The notes beneath the pieces are model-generated. The model saw only the letters and a list, made by a program, of their open reading frames with translations, was not told the DNA's origin and did no database searches. From Phoronis australis (Eukaryota; Animalia; Phoronida), in the NCBI GenBank assembly GCA_002633005.1, contig NMRA01000956.1, forward strand, positions 1 to 64,000: a DNA stretch of 64,000 nucleotides, written 5' to 3'. Position 1 is the stretch's first letter. Each line of letters begins with the position of its first letter. This document shows, piece after piece, positions 12,701 to 21,700 of the stretch. The translations under genes and the position numbers were made by a program.

Positions 12701-15700
12701 CTATGGTGGAATCTGCCCTGTGGTGTTCTTACTCTGGTAAATGTACTGTCAACTTACCTGTCTTCAATGTTATTTTGCAAAACCTGGCCATGTTCCTGTA
12801 ATTGCTCTGTTGTCTAAGGTCGTAATTAGGTCTGCTTGCCTCAGTCTGCTCCTTTCAGATGGATTCTATTTTGTACAGTACATGGTAATGGCAATCGGCA
12901 AAATGACTGGAAATTCCATGAGAGCAAGCAGTATTTCTATAATAAAAAAATAATTGCAGGCGGTCTGGTACACATTGTGCCAGACGTGCGCAGGCCACAC
13001 ATGTGGCCCCATTGCACTGATCACCTGGAAATATTTTTGTGCTTTATTAATATATAGTTAAAACAGAGCTGAAGAGTTAGAGACCTGACTCAAGGGTCTA
13101 GCAGTGTGGCCCAGTGGGACTTGAACCCACGACCTCGAGTAAAGATGGCGGGCACCATCACACTAGGCCACACTGCCTCCTCCAGCAGTGTGGCCTAGTG
13201 GGACTTGAACCCACGACCTCGAGTAAAGATGGCGGGCACCATCACACTAGGCCACACTGCCTCCAGCAATATTCACCTCATCACAGTAGTTACGATGACT
13301 CTTCATGTCGGCTCTTAACCTGTCATGGTGTGGATATGGTATTTTGTCCAGTTAATGTTGGCATGTACTGTAAATATCAAATGTTTAATATTCGTTTAGG
13401 ATCTGGATTTGGCGTCAACAAAGAAACACAAAGTGTAGAAATCTTAAATGTTGCTAATTATTTGCCAGTTTCAAATCTATATGGAGTGCATGTGTGGCAA
13501 AAACAAATAATATTTAGCAATTAAATGGCTGTATTTTACCATTCAATTTTACTTTCTTTGTAATACTTAGATGCTTTGTTTGAGTGCCAATTATTGTTTT
13601 TCCTTTCAGTTGAGTACAATCACGTTGAAGTTGTTTGACACTCTCCTTCAAGTTCCCAGTGAACGCGTCATCCATAACCTGATACTGCGAAACTTAGAAA
13701 GTCGTTCATATTATGACCACAGCAACGAGGACAGTTCAAACTTAGCAGAGCCATCTCCTAGACAGAAATTGCTACATCGAACCACCAGTCATGGAGATGG
13801 GCCAGTGACAGTTTCTGAAACAAACCTTGAGTCAGTATCAGGAAATGGTGGCCAAGAGCAGAGTGATACAATTGATTGGACATGTGTGAGTGATGAGAGC
13901 AAAGAGTGGAGTTCAAATCTCAGTGAAAATATTGGGAACCGGAACACAGATGTCTGTGAAAACAGTACTGATATAGAGGACCAGAGTGAAAATAGTATTA
14001 CAAAGAGTGATAGTGCCAATGTGGGGACTGGCGACATTAATGTCTTGGATAGTCTAGTGAACGGTGTGGATGGCGGGGTAATGCAGAGCCACGATGCTGG
14101 TGCTTTAATCGGGGAACATGGTGCTGATAGACAGAGTGGAGATTGTGACCTTAACTCAGGTGTGGATCAAAGGACGAGTCATTCTCCAAGGGGTTCTGAG
14201 CCTCCCAGTCCAGGTGATCATTGGCATGTTTTACATTTTCCTGGTATTGCAATTGATCTTTTTCTGTCATTGGTATAATTTTTATGCGCCTACACATTTA
14301 TTTGTGGACGCATTATGCCCTCATCTCCGTGCGTCCTTCCATCTGACGTCCGCTGCTCTATCTCCAAAACCGCTTGACGTATGTTTATGAAAATTTGGCA
14401 CATGTGTTGCGTTCATGGATGGGACGGCATGAGCAAACTTTTGGATTGATCCGACTACCGGTGTGCCCCCTAGTGGCAATTTTAACCATGTATCAATAAA
14501 GCAGAAAAATATTTCCAGGTGATCAGTGCAATGGGCCCACATGCGAGGCTTGCGCACGCCTGCAATTATTTTTAGTGGCAATTTTAGTTTTTCCCGTTTA
14601 CTTCTAAGGTCGGCAACGTTTTTTCGTTAAATTTGGCACATAGGCACCTATTAGTGAGATGACGCTTTCTTCCAGTTATCGGATGGATTCAACATAGTTT
14701 GTGCCACCTAGTGGCCATATTTACGGTTTTCGGGTATGTTTTTTGGAGTCCAACGACTTTCAAGCAGCTATGACTGTTGCTGTGCCCTCTAGTGGCAATT
14801 TTAGTTTTTTACGTTTACCTCAGCTGTATCTTCAATGATCTTCATCGGATTTTCATAAAATTTTGAGTAGGCATCTATTGGTGAGATGACGCTATCCTCC
14901 TGTTTTCAGATGGAATCAAGGTATTTTGTGCCACCTAGTGGCCATTTTTGCGGTTTTCGAGTCTGTTTTTAGCATCTACTCCATCAACCAAACCATTTTT
15001 AAGGATGGTTTTAAAAATTGGTGTATATATTCTCAGTGTGAAGAGGACAGTTGACGATTATGACTACTGTGACGTCTCGTATTGGTAGTTTTGTTTTGTT
15101 TTGTTTTGCCCCCATAGCTGTATCTCCTAAAGTCACTACAGAATCTATATTAAATTTTATTAGTAAGTGTATTTATATGAAGCTAACAACAGACAACAAC
15201 GACTTTCAGGTGGATCCAACGAACGCTGTGCCCCCTAGTGGTACTTTCGTTTTATTCCGTTTTCCTTTGTTTGTCTGAAGCTACTTTGCAGATTTTTATG
15301 GAATTTGGTGAATAGCTCTCTATTAAAGAAGCAATGACAAGTTCCCATTTTCAAATGGATTGGAAGTTTTTGCTCCATCTAGTGGCACATAATGATACAA
15401 ATAAACGACCGTTAAAGCACACCATTTGCGATGCATTTGTGGGCGCATTTAAACGCTCCACGTTGATCTTGTTCAAATATTTTGGGCAAATGGAATAATT
15501 GTTATAGCTGCATTTTTCCCTGTTTGGCTGGTAGAAAATGGAAATTAAATTACACGTTTGATCTTAAAAATTAATCTAAAAAATTTTGGTATTGTGACAG
15601 GACTTGTTTTTTGCTACCAAGAAGAGCATAAAACCTTCAACAGGCTAAGAAATGCAAAAGACAATTATCGTTTATTGTTGAGGTTTGCTTCCCCTGAAAT

Positions 15701-18700
15701 TGAAAATGCCATGCAAAGCATTCCATTCAAAAGTAGGTCAGTCACGTGAGACAACAATGACTATTTCCCTTGAGTACTTGGCATTTGATTTCGAGTTGAC
15801 TAATAGCACTTGAAATATCGCTTTAAGTGTCCACTAAACGGCAAAATGTAGCATAAACTGTAGGACAGTTGTTCTGAAAAACTCTCTTCATTATTTTTAT
15901 GAGTATCAAAAATTTTGGTAAAATGAAGTTCCACTTTCCCGCCACGTTGTGTGCTGAAGTATATTAAATATTCTCTTAAGAATCTCTTGACATGAGTTCA
16001 TGGGTCAGTTAATGCAGCAGTAGAGAGGACGCGTCTATTTGTTGACTGTTGTAAATTTTCCAGGTTTTGAGAGAGAGCTGGGTATTGCCAGTCCTTTGTC
16101 ACCCAGGAACTCTGTGAAACCCAGCGTGCACAAAGTTGTGAACTAGTGAGTATTTGTGATGTGCTGTTTTTTAAAGAGAATACCTACCGGGCTCTTGATT
16201 TATTTACTAAGCGTAGCAGTTTTATGTTTCACATTATGGAACTTACTTAAATGCAAGTTAGCCAACTTTAATGCATAGCAGTTGACCGGTAATGAGGTGG
16301 AATTGTGCAGGAAGAAAAATCTATTGTAAATTTGATACTGTTCATCGGTCGCATGTTTTTTATCAATGAGGAATGACTAAAGCGTTGAGAGTGACTGAGT
16401 GTGCTTTAAATGTAATTAGTGTAAAGGAACCCTGGGTAGCTTTTTAGATGTTTTTGCTGGTCATCAAGATAATACACCTCATTTCTGTTTTGCAAAATGT
16501 TCGCACTATGGTGCATACAGTAGAGTTTCTTTTGAAAGTTGTGATCCCATCTCTTTCCTAGTTTCCTGAATCTGGTCCCCGAAGATGCCAAATCCAGCTA
16601 CCAGATGGCTGATAGTGGCTATGACACCTACCTGAGAGATGCGCACCGACAGGTGGGTAAACAGACTACCATGGTTGAAGATCTTTCAAACAAATATACT
16701 GTGTATACTTGACTTCCTGCCATGTCCTACTTTAGAACAAACACTCCCTGTGTTAGTTTGGTTATTAACAGGTGAGTGACATGAAGCACTTTTTCTATTT
16801 GCTAGACTAGAGTGGACTTTGCTGCATTCACTCTAAAAGTGCACCATTGTCGCAGAATTGGACCACTCAGATTTGAACGATCTTATTAAGTAAATGAATG
16901 TCTCTCAAACCAAATATATGTCATTGCAAGATTGTGAAGTGTTTGTTGCTTTGTTTTAGTTCTCTGAAATCTCTTCATACTGTCGTCCGTGGAACTGGCC
17001 AAAGGAGGCTAGTGAGGAATGTGGGCAGACGAAGCCATTCTATGAGGGTGACTTTTTGAAGATGCTTTTTGACAAACTGTCGCATTTGCTGGATCAGGTA
17101 CATGACTTCCTACTACATCAAGCTACAGGCAACACCCGTATCATATTATGTGTCTGGCTCTTTCTGTTTGACTTATACTTGGCATTACACTGAAGAAAAT
17201 CATCATACTGGCAGAAGTTCAGTTGAAGCCTGTAGTATGAAATGGTGAAAAAAATTGCTCGGATGTAAAGTTTACTTTTTATTAGCAAGTCAAGTGTTAT
17301 AGTATTGACATGGCACTTATTAGCAAGTCGAGTGTTATAGTATTGACATGGCACTTATTAGCAAGTCGAGTGTTATAGTATTGACATGGCACTGATTTGG
17401 GTTGCTGAATACTCTTAATTACACATTGTCACTTATCAGACAAAGTCATCAGACACAAAGTCAGGACTTGTCCATACAGTCTCAGACACAGTCAGGACTT
17501 GTCCATACAGTCTCAGACACAAAGTCAGGACTTGTCCATACAGTCTCATGAAAAGGAACTTACATTGTTACATATTTGCTCCTGAATTACCTAGTGAATT
17601 ACCTTCTGCGAGTGGGTTCACAGATGTTGGGCCGAAATCCTCTCCCCATAGGTACACCCACTAAATACTAGCTGAAGGGTATTGAAGGTAATCGTTCCCA
17701 TTGTGAGCTGTTCGGGGAGTCTTCTCACAGCATCTTTCCGGTGGCTGGAAACTGACTGAGTTGAATGATAAATGTCAGTATTGCGTTAATATAACACAAT
17801 ATCTGTTCCAGAATTACCTTGTCAACCTCCAAGTAACGTCAGTGATAGCAAAGTTGGCTCTGCTCCCTCATCCAATAATTCACGAGTATTTATTGAATCC
17901 TTTTGTGCCTCTACACTCGGACAGTCGATCCTTGTTCACCGTGTTTGAAAAGGTATTTGGTTTACAATTTCCTACCAGTCTTGCCTGGCTCACTTCCCTC
18001 AGCCGATTACTATTTAACAGCATTTTGTTTTCAGATTCTATTCTGTATGATGTATCACTACAGTCTTTCCAGAGACTCTAGTTAATTCATTGATATATAC
18101 AAGACAAAGTAGTCATTTATCGTGCAGACAAAAGATTGTTTTGAATGTCATGACGGCTCATTCACTGAACAGCAAAAAATGCTGGTGATAACTATTAGGG
18201 CGACAAAATTAAAATTACAAAACTGTTATCTATCTTACTTTCCTGTTAATTCTCTTCTTTCTGAGTCATGAAACTACTCTGACGGTGAGTTCAGCTTACA
18301 CCCAGTCATCATGACAATGAATTCCAGGTCATTTTGTGTGAATACATTCCGTGTTCACTGTAACGACTGCTCTTTAATTTCAGTGTTACTTTAATTTTAC
18401 ACTATGCATTGAAGGAAGTGTGCAATGTTATTCTGATGATTTGGTCAGAATTAGTTAATCACTCATAACAAAACTTAATTGAACGTTTAAGCTGTGAAAT
18501 GGTTATTGAATGAGCTTTTGATTCAGGTGCACCTGAATGTGAACATTATTTACTGTCAACTTGTTTTAAAGTTAAGGTTTAAATGTTATAGCTTGAGCGT
18601 GACCTTACTCAGCGGCTGAAAGGTGACCCTAAAATGAACATTCGTCTGGTGACCGTGCGTAAACAGCTGATGGGCGTGCTTAAAGACCAGCGCAGGTATG

Positions 18701-21700
18701 GTATTCATGACTACCCTAATTCAAACAAGATTGCATGACGAATCTCTGCATGTTGTGTCTGGCTGTTTCAGAATATACACAAATGAATGTAGTTTGGCTA
18801 ACGGTGGTGTCGTGATATCTAAATGTAGAGGCAGGAATAGAGTGTAATAAAGACGCTGGGTAAGTCCTGTCCCCTATTTGACTGGTCATTGCCCCAAGTC
18901 CCTCCTCAGACATTGTTCGCATTTGTTCATGTTAAGATTGGTCCACATTTAATCGAAGAGGATAATTTAGTGGCTTGTCCAGTGCTAGAATGCATTTTCT
19001 TTTCTCAGTTTTCTTAAAATATGAACACGTTGGAGTAGCGTTTTGGTTTGAAGCATTATGAACTATTTGGCATCCCGCTGTTATTGGATTATTATTTCCT
19101 AGCCATCATTGTTAGGCTAGCGCGAACACTTCAGCCAATGAGGTGATACTGGTGGCCATAAGTGAGAAAAGATCTCGGGTTATATTGAATAAAATTGAAT
19201 TTTTCCCCCAATGAATTAGATTTAACCCATTTGATGTGTTGACAAAGTACCACATCAATTTTGATACTTCCCAGTAGGGGTTTGCCCAAAGACTGCTTAA
19301 ATGTAGTATATATAATGTAAATGTATTGATTTGTAACTAAGTCTCAAATGCTTTTTGCAACTCACATCTGTATGTAACACTTTCGTAAACAAGGAATTGC
19401 ATTGGAATAGCCTGTTGAAGCCTAACTTTCCAGCAGTTTATTGTCATATTTACTGTATTTAATTCCGCTTCATATTAATTTTTTCTTTCTATTGATTTTT
19501 TAGTGCTATTAAAAGGATACCAAACCCTGTTTTGGCCTATTATCACATATTAAATACAACTTTCCAAGCCAATTCTCTGAAACAAAATAATGCTCTGTAC
19601 CCCTGTACAACTCTCAAAAGTTTGAAGGAAAATATGAAAACTTTCAAAGTCTGCTAAACAGGCAAGCGTGACCCACACTTAGCGAACTATATGACAACTG
19701 TGGCTATAGACCATCCAGCAAGAACTACAATGTCCAATCTGTGACATAGGGAGTAGGAGCTTTTAATTGATTCCTGTTTTTATCTTTACGCCAATGATGT
19801 ATTAGCAGGCTACACAACAAGTATTGGTTGAATTCATCAAAGCAGGGCTTAGTGTCTTTTTAATTATAAATCGGTCTTTTTGCTCCATATTTCAGTTTTC
19901 TTCTGTTACTTGGTCATTATGTCACTCATTGACTTTCAGCCAGTCGTCCCATTTCAGACGAGTCCCTAACAAAGACAGGTACTGACCCCTTGAGAGTGGC
20001 TTGTCATTGTTGCTAAAAACTCTGTGGTCGAGTGTCTAGACATGTCCCTCAAAATATTTACTTTCATAACAAAAGTAATTGTCAAATGTCCATCAACTGG
20101 TTGTCTGTATGTCAGTCTGTATTTGTTTGTCTTGGTTTAAGTACTTGATTTTTGCCTTTATCTTCCTCAACTTTTCACTACTTTAAATGCTCAGTTTTAT
20201 GAAAGTTCTTGTCTTTAGAAAACTCCTTGGTCAAATGAAGTCACGCAGTGTGGCCTTGTAGGATGAGTGTGCTTCCTTTATTGAAGCTCATGGGTTCGAG
20301 TCCCACTGAGGCACACTGCAAGTACCTTGAGTCAGGTATCTAGCTCCTCAGCTCGGTTGTGCTAATAAAAAGCATAAAAATGGTTCCATTTGTTCAGTAC
20401 AGCAATGGACCCACCTAAAGGGCTTGTGCACGTTTGGTACATTTACCGGGCAGACCACCTGTAATTATTTTGCATTAATAAGTTCATTATACCATAATTC
20501 AAATTGACATACTGCTGGTTCTTGGCTGCATGGCTTTGCTTGTGGGTAGTGTGTGCCACAATTTGTTTAAGATGTCCTTTTGTTGTTTGGCTTTTAGCTC
20601 CTGCTTTGTTTGCATTCATTACTAAAGTTGGTTCTGCCTATATCCTAGCTGCTTGACTAACTGTTTCGTGTCCTTTGTCATTAAATTATTAAACTCTATG
20701 TAGTGTTGTATTCTCCAGTATTTCGTCACAGTTTTCAACCCTTCTCCCAAAAGTCTTGATCATGTACCTGATCCTTTTCTACCATCTTCCTGTTCCCAAT
20801 CAGCGAGATGGTGCTATACACATTGGACAGTTGCGAAATGGGTGGAATCTTGTGACAGCAATAAATCTCTAAGAAAATGTCACTCCTCCACCAACCCAAG
20901 ACTTCTAAACGCATGCTTATTAAGTTGTTTGGGAAATGAGTCACCATTGAAGATGGTTCTGCAATATCTGGTCTAGCAAACAATATCAGCTGACTATAAC
21001 TTTGCATAAATTTCTAAATGTTCTAATTTATAGTGAACGAAACTCGAAGTTTGAGTGTGTCAACTAACGAATGTTAGGGTTTGACATTTCTAACCAATCT
21101 ATTAACAGCGATGCCCTCTATTGCCTAAGAGAAAATTAAGGTGGAGTGTGATCAGCTATACGTTAAAAGTCTCAACTGTTGGTCTCTGTCATGATTTTTG
21201 TTTTGTAGATCTACAGGGTGTAGAATACCTCAACGTTGGTTTTGATAGATAATAGTATCAGCTGTTTGTTACAATTGCAATACACACTTATCTCTCGCTG
21301 TCCCACGTAAATCACCCCCCCCCCCGAAAACCTTATGCTGATGCTTGGAAGCACACTGGTCAAAAGCTTGTTGCACATAGTAAAAATTTCACTTTTCAAC
21401 TTCCTCATTGAAGCCAAGCGTTCACTCGTTTTGAGGAGAAACCATTTGTTTTTTTTTTGTTATATTTAATATGGGGAGTTGGCATTTTGATCATTCAATA
21501 AAACTGGATGAAGTTCTTTTATTGCCTCGATAGTTCAACGATTCACCCCGAACTAGATTTATTGAACTTTGAACTTTGTTATTTTGTTTTTGCCTGATTG
21601 GCATTGCTTAGGACTTAAAGGAGAAGGCAACCTTTTTCCATCGAGCTAAAATAAGGTTTGTTGGTTATCCTAGACATATTTTCCACTTAATTACAGCTTT

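Noticed and set aside
13099-13266. tRNA genes
   Set aside because: A/B boxes are present but there is no clear cloverleaf, and they are attached to a dispersed SINE body.
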